Shown piece after piece: positions 1-11,611 of a DNA stretch of 64,000 nt (positions are counted from its first letter, which is position 1; the number at the start of each line of letters is the position of its first letter). This DNA is from Mobula hypostoma. Lineage: Eukaryota. The stretch lies in assembly GCF_963921235.1 (NCBI RefSeq), contig NC_086108.1, positions 67,706,001 through 67,770,000 on the forward strand, in the 5' to 3' direction. A program made the translations under genes and the position numbers. The notes beneath the pieces were generated by a model, which did not search any database, was not told the origin of the DNA, and was given only the letters and a program-made list of their open reading frames with translations.

Positions 1-1
1 A

Positions 2-3000
2 TCCTGCCTCTATTGTGGTGATCCAGGACACTTCCGGGCTGCATGTTCCAAGAGTCCAGTAAAAGAGAATACCCGTCAGCAGGGAGGGGAATCTTGATGG
101 GTCGGTTCTCTCTACACTCAGCTTCCCCTAATCCTGTAGTGCTCGTAGCTTCCTTGTTGTGGAGGTCTCAGACCCATGAACTTAAGGCATTTATTGACTC
201 TGATGCAGCCGGGAAGCTTATGGACATCTCTCTCACTCAAAGATGGGAAGTTTCAATTCAGGAATTAGAGAAAAGATCAACATCAAGGCGCTGGATGGTT
301 GACTTCTGGGTGCCGGCCAGATCCACCTTTCCACCCAACCCCTCCAACTGGTGCTCGAAGGCAACTATCATGAAGAAATATCTTTCTATCTGGTTAATTC
401 ACCTGACCTGCCACTGGTACTTGGCCTCCCCGGTTATCCTGACATAATCCACGGATCGATTGGTCTCTGAAGGTACTCCAAGAGTGGGGACCGGCATGCC
501 TGTCTACCTGTCTGGGTCCAGCTCAAGCTCCATTCCATGAATCCCCTCCTGTGACAGCTAAGGATGTGGACCGGTCTGGGATTCCAGCTGGATCTGCGGA
601 TCTCCTTGAGGTTTTGAGTAAAAGAAAGGCCACCACCCTGCCCCCACACCGGCCATACGACTGTGCCATAGACCTCCTACCTGGCACTAGACCTCCCCAG
701 GGCCAGTTCTTTTTCCTCTCTCGTCCTGGAACGATGGCCATGGAGGAATACCTTAATGAGACATTGAACATGGAGTTTATCCATGCGTCAACCTCGCTGG
801 CAGGAGCGGGCTTCTTTTTTGTGAGCAAGAAAGATGGCAAGCTCCATCCCTGCATCGATTATCGGCCCCTGAACAATATCACTGTGAAGAACCGCTACCC
901 TCTTCCCTTGCTGGTGTCTGTGTTTGAACAGGGAGCAACCATATTTTCCAAAATTGATCTGCACAATGCTTACAATCTGATTTGCATAAGAGAAGGGGAT
1001 GAGTGGAAAGCAACTTTCATCACCTCTAATGGCCACTATGAATACCTGGTGATGCCTTTTGGTCTGGCCAATGCCTCCGCTGTATTCCAGGCCTTGGATA
1101 ACGATGTGCTCAGGGACATGTTGAATCAGTTTGTGTTTGTGTATTTAGATGACATCCTTATCTATTCCTGATCTCAGCAGGAGCATGTCCAGCATGTCTC
1201 GAAAGAACTCAGATGCCTTCCTGAAAATGACCTGCATGGCAAGGCTGAAAAATGTGAATTCCATAAAGACCAAGTGTCGTTTTTCGGCTATATTCTTGCC
1301 CCATCCAGTGTTCAAACGGACCCCAGTAAAATTCAGGCAGTTGCAGAGTGGCCAAACAGTCTACAATCAAACAGGTACGGCACTTCATGGGGTTTGTGAA
1401 CTTTTATCACCACTTCATCTGGAATTTAATGCACTCATCAAGAAAACCTCAGCAGGGTTCCATTGGACGGACGATGCTGACCAAGTATTTTCAGAGCTAA
1501 AGCGACATTTCACCACTGCCCCGCTGCTGCAACACCCGGACCCATCTCAGCCATTCATTGTCGAGGTGGATGCATCCGATGTAGGCATTGAAGCTGTCCT
1601 CGCTCAGCGCTCGTCTGCAGATAGCTGGCTGCACCCTGGTCCCTTTCTTTCCCATTGCTTGGCTCCGGCCGAGAGGAATTACAATGTTGGGAACCAGGAG
1701 CTTCTGGCTGTCAAGGAGGCCCTGGAGGAATGGCAACACTGGCTGCAGGGGGCAGAGCATCCATTCTTGATCTGGACAGATCACAAGAACCTCACCTATA
1801 TTCAGGATGCTAAGAGACTCAACTCTCGTCAAGCCCGGTGGGCTCTCTTCTTCACATGGTTCAATTTCATCCTCACTTAAAAAGACAGTTTTGGTGGCCA
1901 TCTATGTCCCAGGATGTCCAAGACTTTGTATCTGCCTATCCCACCTGCACTTAGAACAAGACATCACGCCAGCATCCTGCAAATCTGTTATGTCCACTGC
2001 CTGTGTCCCACTGCCCCTGGTCCCACCTCTCAGTAGATTTCATCACAGGTCTGCCCTTGTCTAATGGAAACACCACCAGTTTGGTCGTTGTAAATCGATT
2101 TTCCAAGGCTGCCCACTTCATTGCCCTCCCCAAGCTCCCATTGGCTCATGAGACTGCCACACTCATGGTTCAACAAGTGTTCGGGCTCCATGAGTTTCCT
2201 CAAGACATAGTGTCTGATCGTGGACCACAGTTCACTTCCCGCTTTTGGAAGGCTTTCTGCTCTCTTGTAGGAGCCATGGCCAGCCTCTCATCTGGCTTTC
2301 ACCCCCAATCTAATGGCCAGACTGAGAGAGTGAACCAGGAGTTGGAGACAACCCTGCACTGTCTTGCCTCTTCCAACCTCATGTCCTGGAGCTCTCAATT
2401 GGTTTGGGCAGAGGTTGCCCACAATAACCTCCAGTCGTCCTCCACCAGTATGTCTCCCTTTGAATGCCATAAGGGATTCCAGTCCCCGCTCTTCCCTGAT
2501 TAGGAGATCGACGTAGAAGTTCCTGCTGCTGAACAGCTGTTTCAGCATACCTGGAGATGAGCCAGAGCTTCTCTGCTGTGCACCCAGAAACAGCATTCCC
2601 GGCAGGCTGATCGGCTCTATCGACAGGTAAGGCCATTCAAGCCAGGAGAGGAGGTCTGGTTGGCATCAAGGGATCTTCCCCTGAAAGTCGAGAACCAGAA
2701 ATTGGCACCGTGCTACATGGGACCATTTGTAGCGGAAAAGGCTGTCAACAAAGTGTCCTATAGATTGTGTCTACCAGCATCACTGAAGATCCACCCAGTA
2801 TTCCCTGTTTCCCAGCTCAAACCGGTTACTACCTCTCCCCTGGCCCCAGTCACCCCACCTCCCCCTCCTCCCCACCTAGTAGATGGTTCCCTTGTCTATA
2901 CTGTGTGGCGCCTCCTGGCATCTCACTGGGTATGTGGTAAGGTCCAGTACCTTGTGGACTGGGAAGGGTATGGCCCAAAAGAACATACTGTACTTGGATC

Positions 3001-3083
3001 CCGGTGAAGGACATTTTGGACAAGTCGCTGATCCGGGATTTGCAGCGAACACAGGTCTGTGGCGCCTCAGGGGCTGCACCTAG
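2..3083 (+). pseudogene. Gypsy gag-pol remnant (PR-RT-RH-IN-chromodomain), frameshifted, with a deletion near 1880
   Basis: Motifs are split across ORFs 43-447, 551-1171, 1149-1880, 2003-2503 and 2660-3007. Confidence 0.95.
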
Positions 3084-3095
3084 AGAGGGGTGCCC

Positions 3096-3521
3096 TGTCA
3101 CAACCACGGATTCAGCAGCGCAATAGATACGGTAATTGCACTTCTGAATATGTATGTGCAACTAATGATAATTTAACCGTGATAGTATTTAACTCCATAC
3201 TTGTCGTTGTAGTGCTTGTTGAGACTTGGACAGAGCACGACAATGCTTCACTGCCTGTTTGCTTTCGGCCTTCCCTGAGAAATTTTACTTTCGAGTCAAC
3301 TGACTCTGAGGACTAGTGGTATTCTTTTAATGTTTAGATGTTCTTTTCAGCCACAGTGTAGGCTTCGTTTTCCATTTGAGAGTTTTAGTTAACAGCCCTA
3401 TTTGGCCTAGTGTTTATTGTTTTATTTTGCCTTTAACACTGATCGCATTAAAGTCTGTGAACTATCGACCTGCTTCAGTGTATCTCACTCCGCACTTGGA
3501 CCATATCCGCACCTAGTAACA
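3096..3521 (+). repeat. 3' LTR of the Gypsy element (~426 bp)
   Basis: Follows polypurine tract AGAGAGGGG (3082-3090); starts TGTCAC, ends GTAACA; ATTAAA near 3447. Confidence 0.8.
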
Positions 3522-3822
3522 CCCACGACCACTACCATCCAGAAGGACGAGAACAGAACATACCTGGGATCACCACCACTTGGAAATCCCCTTCCAAGTC
3601 ACCCATCATCCTGACTTGGAATCATATTGCCATTCCTTCATTGTTGCTGGGTCAAAATCATAGAATTCCTTCCCTGACAGCACTGTGGGTGTACCTACAC
3701 CTCAGGGACTGCAGTGGTTCATGAAGGCAGTTCATCACCACCTTCTCAAGGGCAACTAGGAATGGGCAATAGATGCTGGCTTAGCTGGCAGTGTCCACAT
3801 CCCATAAATGAATAAATAAAAA
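3522..3822 (+). mobile_element. 3' end of a non-LTR retrotransposon, probably the host of the Gypsy insertion
   Basis: LINE-like 3' end (CCTTCTCAAGGGCAACTAGG...CACATCCCATAAATGAATAAATAAAAA); a more decayed relative appears on the minus strand from ~4450. Confidence 0.55.
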
Positions 3823-5289
3823 GAAATCACTGGCACACTTATCAGACCAATAATTATGCTCTGGTTGTTTACATGCTAGCTACTATTGCAGAACAGGCCA
3901 GCTGCTTCATTGGGAGCTCAGGCATGTGCCATACAGATTCATACTGATGCTGTTGTGTCTCTGATTATCAAGGATTAAAAGTGGTCTTTGATTATCTCAC
4001 TTTGGTTATCTAACAGCTAACAGACTTGCAGCACTTTTAAAGAATTGCACCAGTGGAGTGACAACTGCTCAAATATCCTCTCAGGATGGTAGCAATTTGC
4101 AGTCTTACCCCTGCTGTCTGCTGGTGGAGCAGACTAAAGACCAGCCTTTGTGCTGAACTGCAGATACCCTCCTCCAGGTCCACCACCTCCTCTCCTGTTC
4201 CTTTACAACTATGCTAGAGTCCAGCCATTCGGGAAGAACATAATATGCAGGAGCATTATTAGGCCACTCAAGCCCATTATGCCTCCTTCTGTGATGGAGG
4301 AAAATTTACATGCATACATATGGCTCTCAGTGTTAATTTGGTTTGGTCTTGCTTTAATTAATTTTAGCTGAATGAAAGCTGGAATGAATTGTAGCAGTAA
4401 TAAGGTATGAACAGTATTTTTTAAAATTTCTAATGTTGAAATTGTTTACTCTTGGGGTAAAAGCATTACTGGCAGAGTGGCATTTAATGCTCATCTCACA
4501 ATGTACTTAAAAGGTTGTTGGAGAGCCATCTTCTTTAGTCCTTACAGTTCCAGCAGCAAAGCTTTGTGTTCAATTCTGTTAAGTGGACATTTCTAGATAT
4601 TTGATCTAGGAACAGGAGACATGTGTAGATGTATTTCCAGGATAATATTGGACTTGGAGTTAAGGTTGCAAGTTTTATCACTTGCTGAAGCTAGGTCAAG
4701 AGGGTTTTAGGGGCATTAAAAAGCATAACAAGTTGCAGCCATGTATTGTGTACGTGGCAGACCCTGATGCCATGTTGTGCCCTTGTTGAAGGACAAAAAT
4801 GTTTAGGATTTTGGCACACGTGATAATGAAGTAAGCTGTATCCTTTCGGATAATGTCAATCGTCTTGAGTATTTTGGAGTTGCATTCATCCTAAATTGTC
4901 CTGACTGATGATTTGCAGGTAGTGGAAAGATTTGGGGGAGAGGTCAGGAGTTAAGTCGCTTGATACAGATTCTGATGTACTCTTGCAGTCACAGATACTA
5001 TATGGCTGGACTAGTTAAGTTTATAGTTAATGGTGACACCTAGTATATTGATGTCTGCAGATGTATGAGTGTTCTTTTGACATGTGTGAGTAAGAAGTGA
5101 ATAGGCTCCTCTTGTTGAATGTTCTTGTCTAGTTCCACGTTTGTGTCCATGGCATTGCAATTAAAAGCATTACACTCTATGGATCCATAAATCATTGAAA
5201 ATAAATGGGGGAAAGCATATCCCACAGGAGAATTTTTGCTTTCCCAAAACCATAACAAAATCTCTCCATGCTGAAAACATGTGACAAAT

Positions 5290-5400
5290 CAAGAAGTCTC
5301 AGCCTGAAACATTGGCTGCTCATTTCCCTCCATAGATGCCGCCTGACCTGCTGAGTTTCTGCAGCATTTTGTGTGTTTTGCCCAAGATTTCCAGCATCTA
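5290..5400 (+). repeat. Old Penelope terminal-repeat remnant (family B)
   Basis: GTCTCAGCCTGAAACA...CATAGATGCCGCCTGACCTGCTGAGTTTCTGCAGCA resembles 30758-30870; ribozyme 5' core is lost. Confidence 0.7.
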
Positions 5401-5513
5401 AAAAAATCTCCCGTATCTGCATCATTTCAGCTTTTTGGAGAACATAATACGTGGCAACTTGATTAATTTAGATTATTTTTCTTGAATATTTACTAAAAGC
5501 AGCAACTTGTTTT

Positions 5514-5610
5514 GGGTCCTGACGAAGGGTCTCGGCCTGAAACGTCGACTGCGCCTCTTCCTATAGATGCTGCTTGGCCTGCTGCGTTCACCAGCAACTT
5601 TGATGTATGT
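5514..5610 (+). mobile_element. Stand-alone 97-bp Penelope terminal-repeat insertion carrying a hammerhead motif
   Basis: Nearly identical to 24589-24683; flanked by 10-bp direct repeat AACTTGTTTT (5504-5513, 5611-5620). Confidence 0.93.
5515..5550 (+). ncRNA. Minimal type-I hammerhead ribozyme motif
   Basis: GGTC-CTGACGA-AGGGTCTCGGCCT-GAAA-CGTC-GACT: CUGANGA and GAAA core boxes, stem II, palindromic ACGU stem III, GUC triplet, stem I GGTC/GACT. Confidence 0.85.
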
Positions 5611-6965
5611 AACTTGTTTTAATTCTGTTCTCAATTTTGAGTGTGATCCCACAATGTTGCAACTATCATTATTCCCTCTTCACTGACTATTAGTATCAAG
5701 CATGTCATGGTAAAGAATAACAGAAAGGAAAAACAAGTCTTGGATTTATTAGATCTTTCATCAATGTCTCAAAATATTTCAGATTATAACTTTGGTTCAG
5801 TGACTGTTGTTATATACAGTTACATGGCAATTCATTTTGTTCTCCAAAAGAGCCCATAGCAAAGAAACCTGTGACTAGTTGATCTATTTTTGGTGAGGAT
5901 TAAAACTCCATGCTTCAATAATCTCATCATATTCCTCTGGATGTGATATGAAAAAAAAACAGGCAGGCATATAGCTTGCAATGTTAATTTGGTCTGGCCT
6001 TCTAGTGTAACATCACATTAAAAAAATAGCACTTCTAACAATTCAGCAATCTCATAACATCATACTAAAGACTCAATCTAAATTAAAAGTGATAACTGCA
6101 ACTTTCTGGGCAAGGAGTATTTTCTATACACCCAATTTCACACAAGATATCCTTAGGCTCTTTATAATATTGGCAACAGAATTAATGTGTCAATATGTGG
6201 TCATATTTATTGGTGTGAACCCATGACTAAATAACTGTAATTATAAATTTATTTTACCCTTATCTTCAAACAATTAATTAGATATATAATACTTTAATCC
6301 CACATTCAAGTAAGGGAAATTTCCTTAATCTACCTTAAAATTTCCTTCTGTATTTTTGTTTCTTTGGTCATAAGCATGTAAGTTGTGAAAATGATTCTTA
6401 CAGTCTCCCTCTACACTTCACTAATATGCTTTCTTAATGTGACTTATAAAATGTTTCTTGAAAATACTAACTGGCACAGGGAGAGGGAAAAATCCCTTTG
6501 TATAATATGAAAAAGCAACAAAGGGAAATATTTGGCTTTTGAATATAAATAAGCTATATTAAAAGTAAAGCATAGTTAGTGAAATATAGGTTGACGTTAT
6601 CCTCTCCAGTACTGTCAAATCACATGTCAAATATAGATGAGAATTTTGAAACAGCAAGTAATTTTGTTCTTTTTTTAAGTGAGGCTTTTTTTTTACTTAT
6701 CAAGTCTCAACAATAAATTGTGCACTTAATTGCTGTAGATATAAATTAAAAACACAAATAAGTTAAGAAGAAATGTTGTTTTTGAAAAAATGAAATCAAT
6801 TCAACCAAAAATGTTGTCCATCATTAATATAAAATTGCGTTATAGGATATTTTGAAATACGTGTAATAATACAGATAATGAAATATAAACAGATTTATAG
6901 GTTATCATTTTTAGTTGAAGCTAATAAGTTATAAATAAAAATGTATATCAACCTTTTTTGAAATA

Positions 6966-7673
6966 TTAGAAACATAGAAACACAGAAAACTTACAGCACA
7001 ATACAGGCCCTTCAGCCCACAAAGCTGTGCCGAACATGTCCTTACCTTAGAAATTACCTAGGGTTACCCATAGCCCTCTAATTTTCTAAGCTCCATGTAT
7101 CTATCCAGGAGTCTCTTAAAAGACCCCTATCATATCTGCCTCCACCACCGTCGCCAGCAACCCATTCCATGCACTCACCACTCTCTGTGTAAAAAACTTA
7201 CCCCTGACATCTCCTCTGTACCTACCCCCCAACACCTTAAACCTGTGCCCTCTCGTGCTAGCCATTTCAGCTCTGAGAAAAAGTCTCTGACTATCCACAT
7301 GATCAATGCCTCTCATCATCTTGTACACCTCTATCAGGTCACCTCTCATCCTCCATCGCCCGAAGGAGAAAAGGTCGAGTTCACTCAATCTATTCTCATA
7401 AGGCATGCTCCCCAATCCAGGCAACATCCTTGCAAATCTTCTCTGCACTCTTTCTATGGTTTCCACATCCTTCCTGTGGTGAGGTGACCAGAACTGAGCA
7501 CAGTACTCCAAGTGGGGTCTGACCAGGGTCCTATATAGCTGCAACATTAGCTCTCGGCTCTGAAACTCAATTCCATGATTGAAGAAGGTCAATGCACCAT
7601 ATGCTTTATTAACTCCAGAATCAACTTGTGCAACAGCTTTGCGAGTCCTATGGACTTGGACCCCAAGATCCCT
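6966..7673 (-). mobile_element. CR1 LINE, 5'-truncated 3' end
   Basis: ORF 7116-7592(-) LYRTLVRPHLEYCAQFWSP...TRGHRFKV...FFTQRVVSAWN; GAAACATA-type tail. Confidence 0.95.
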
Positions 7674-7687
7674 CTTGCTTAACTGAG

Positions 7688-8123
7688 CCAGTGGTGCAGC
7701 ACTAGCTGGAGCGTGTTCGGCGCATCTCTAAGAAAAAAGCCAAAATAAGCAAGCTAATTAATTAGGTGCTGCCCAAGGTGATTTGGGTATCTCAGAAACT
7801 GCTGATCTCTGGGATTTTTATGCACAACAGACTCTGGAGTTTACAAGGAATGGTGCCAAAAACAAAAAAACATCCAGTGAGTGGATTTAACAAGATGGTT
7901 TCTCTCACAGGACAGCCACTCGCTGGATTTTTTTTTTGTTTTTGGCACCATTCTTTGTAAACTCCAGAGACTGTTGTGCGTAAAAATCCCAGAGATCAGC
8001 AGTTTCTGAGATACCCAAATCACCCTGGGCAGCACCTAATTAATTAGCCTGCTTATTTCGGCTTTTTTCTTAAAGATGTGCCGGACGTGCTTCGGTGCGC
8101 TCCGACTAGCGCTGCACCACTGG
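7688..8123. mobile_element. Fold-back (palindromic) element built from a Tc1-like transposase 5' fragment
   Basis: Inverted arms 7688-7884 and 7916-8123 around a 31-nt spacer; arms carry GGGTATCTCAGAAACTGCTGATCT... resembling the Tc1 HTH region (ISETADLLGF...KTSSE). Confidence 0.75.
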
Positions 8124-8369
8124 GTACTGCCTTTATAATTAGACACAGAAGGGAATAACATCCAGTTCGCTGGCCATGTTGATTATCAATACAATTAATG
8201 CAATTAACAACATTTCAAATATTAATCATTCTGCAAAAAATATACAGTCTTCTTCATGACCAAATTGCTGAACAAGCATTAATCTCATCCGTAGTCACTG
8301 TTGTGTCCTTATCCCAATGTGTTTCAGGAAATTAAGTCGTTCTAAACTAGATAATAGAATTTACATACA

Positions 8370-9515
8370 AATTCTGGAGCATCTGGACAGTAAAGACACC
8401 TACATCAGATTATAGTTATTGGCTACAGATCTGCATTTAATACTGCTACTTCAAGCAAACTCACGACCAAATTCCAGACCCTGGAAGCCAATGCCTCCCT
8501 TTGCAACAGGATCCTTGATTTCCTGACCAACAGACTGCAATTGGCAAGAGTAGGCAGCAACACCTTGGCCACAATTATCCTAAACACTAGAGCTCCAGAA
8601 GGTTGCGTCCTCAGCCCCCGAGTCTATTCCCTGTGCACTCATGACAGTATGGCCAAATTCGGTACTAGCTCCATTTACAAGTTTGCAGATGATGCATCCA
8701 TAGAGGGCCACATCCATAGTTGGAGTACAGGAACAAAATTACAAGGTATCAGGTAAACAACCTTTTCCTCAATGTCAACAAAAGAGCTGGTTACTGACTT
8801 TAAAAAGTGGGGCAGAGCACATGCTCCTGCCTACATCACAGTTTTGAGGTTGAGAGCTTCATGTTCCTAGATATGAACATCACCAAAATCCTGGCCTGGT
8901 CAAACCAGTTTGGTGTCATGGCCACAGAAGCTCATCGATGCCTCTACTTCCTCAGGAGGCTAAAGAAGTTTGACACGACAACCAACATTGACCCTTACCA
9001 ATTTTTTTCAGTGCACCATAGAAAGCATTGTCTGGATGCTTAATGGCTTGGTATGGCAACAGCTCTGCACTTGACCACAAGAAACCGTAGGGAGCTGTGG
9101 ACACAACTCAGCACCTCACAGGAACCAGCCTCCCCTCTACAGACTCTGTCTACACTTCTTGTTACCTCAGTAAAACAGCCAGCATTAGCAAAGACCCCAC
9201 TCAACCCATCAGCAGAAGGCACAAAAGCCTAAAAGCAAATGCCACCAGGTTCAAGGACAGCTCCTGTCTCACAGTTATTAGACTCTTGTATGATAAGGTG
9301 GACAATCTACCTCATTATGATCTTGCACTTTATCTTTTACCTGCACTGCACTTTTTAGGTAGCTTTTACACTTTATTCTGTATTGTTATTGTTTTCCAAT
9401 CTAGCCCAGTGCACTGTATAATGATTTGACCTGTATGATCAGTATGCACGACAAGCTTTTCACTGTATCTTGGTACATGAGACAATAATAAACTAATACC
9501 AATCCCAATACCAAT
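8370..9515 (+). mobile_element. Rex1/Babar-type LINE, decayed 3' part
   Basis: APEGCVLSP, YKFADD and CLYFLRRLKKF motifs; AATAAAC plus AATACC-repeat tail. Confidence 0.88.
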
Positions 9516-10842
9516 CTTTATTTAAATCTGGCTGAAAATGCAATTTATAAGAGAAGCAATAAAATTAAAAAAATCTTTTAGTATATGAGCTAAAAATTAA
9601 GCACTGAGTATTTCTGAACCTATTTTTCTTTATATTTAAAAATAAATAACTTATTTGTAACTATTTATGTAGTTTAACTATGTAGTTTAAAACATAATTA
9701 AATATTTCCTAAGCATCCTGTTTTGATTGGCATTGTTTGTAAGATACCAACTGCATCAATTTTTCCCAAAGCTTTAGATCTAATACAAAAAAGCAAGAAT
9801 GATCTAAATTTAATATATCACAAAGCTGTGTGACATGACTTCTTTTGTAATTAAGCAGCAGAGTATATTATTAAATAAAAATGCTTTTCATGAAACTTCT
9901 ATTTATTTATTGAAATGAGGACAGATAGACAAACCTGTTAACTAGATTGCAATATTAGTCATGGGCATACAAGTTCTGCATGCAGACGACAAAAAGGGAA
10001 TAAGTATTTTCAAGCATTGCCTGGTTTTAGTATGCCCTGTGATGGTTACATTCCTCAGTGCTTACTGATATTCACAATAAAATACTGGTAAAGACAAGGA
10101 TGCAAATAAAATGCGAATAACACTGAAATGAATTGTACTGTTAGATGTTTCAATGCCACTGCAACTTTTGTCACCATAAACAATCAGAAAATACAAGGAC
10201 AATGCTGATAAAACCCTCCCATATATTCAACAGTGACAGTCTGCTTTCTAATCAATGCTGTTAGAGGTCAATGTAATGAAGGGATGTGTTACATTCATTA
10301 TTATCTTGTGACATGAAAGGCATTTACCTTGCTTGTACATTTGGAAAATACTGCTGATGAAGGAATCAGTAAAAATATTCTTTTGGATGATGTTCAAGGG
10401 CTAAAAATAAACTTGGTAAGGTCGTAGACAAAATCATTGAGGAGGCAGGCTGGGTTATCAAAATTGCAATATTGAATTATTTTTAATCTGTGTTTCTTAT
10501 TATTGAGATTTTTTAAAAATTGCATTAAAATGTTCTGGAGTATAGCCATCATAGAATCATGTTAATTACCAATGAGAAAGAAAATGTTGTGTCTCTGTCA
10601 ATTGCAAAGGAGCTTTACAGCCTCGTCCCACTTTCAGAGCCTGCAGGTAACAGTTCTTCTAGTACGTATTCAAATACTGTTGAAATGTGATGATGATTTC
10701 TGCTTTTATCATCCTTGCAGGCACCAGATGAACAAAAGTCTCTGATTCTTCCATGAATTATTTTAAATTTATGCCCTTTAGTTTTTGACCCAAATGCTGA
10801 AGAAAACAGGTCCTTTCTACTTACTGCAACAAAACATCATTA

Positions 10843-11611
10843 ATCAAATCAAGTTTAATTATCATTCAACCATGCATGGATACAGCCAAAACAAGACAGC
10901 GTTCCTCTGAGGCCAAGGTGCCAAACATCCACAGCACTTTCAAATAGTGAGAAAAAAAAAGTCATGCAAGAAAACACATATATTGTCCCACAAATTGATG
11001 GTCCAGTTCCCAGCAATCCAGCCTGTCATTCCACTGACGAACACAGGAGGGCAGCACCAGTGGTAGAGGCCAGTCCCCAGCCAGGGCACCCTGGCTCACC
11101 TAGGCAGCAGCTGCAGCAAGCCTGTGGCTTGAGGCCTAGTCCAAGGCCACACTGCTGCCTTGCTGTCTGTTTCGCCACCAAACAAGGGAAAAAGGCTTGC
11201 GGCATCTCACATTATCAATATCCAACAGGGTCTTTCAATCACAAGAGAAACATGCAAGACAGTCACCCCTAGTTACATGCATACCACCTTTGCGCACCAA
11301 CTCCGATGCCTTCGAATAGCAAGCAGAAACATGGTCTGCACCAAGGTCAGCTCCTCCAAACCCAATCCAGCTCCTCTGACCCATCAGCTGGTTCACCCTT
11401 CTCCGGCCCACCAGCTGGCTCCCATGACACGTTGGCCAGCTACTCCAAACAACCAGCAGCTCGCTGATGTAGTAGACCTGCTGTACCCGTAGTTCTGGGA
11501 GTCCAGTGTAGTCATACAATCATAAAAAACACATTTATCAAAGAAAAGAATACCGTTGGCTGGCCCGCGAGTGGCCACTGCATCCAAACATATCACCATC
11601 TTACCGGAAGT
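10843..11611 (-). mobile_element. Non-coding retroposon with Rex1-like tail (putative non-autonomous element)
   Basis: Minus strand begins CTTCCGGTAAGATGGTG and ends TGATAATTAAACTTGATTTG; a related tail lies at 13656-13770. Confidence 0.55.

Larger units (their letters stand above)
1..3521 (+). mobile_element. Ty3/Gypsy (chromovirus-type) LTR retrotransposon, decayed; 5' part lies outside the window
   Basis: Domain order: Gag zinc knuckle CLYCGDPGHFRAAC (5-46), protease AFIDSDAAG (~187-213), RT ending YLDD (551-1171), RNase [16 protein letters not shown], integrase [24 protein letters not shown] (2003-2503), chromodomain QYLVDWEGYGP (~2880-3060), polypurine tract, LTR. Many frameshifts. Confidence 0.97.
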
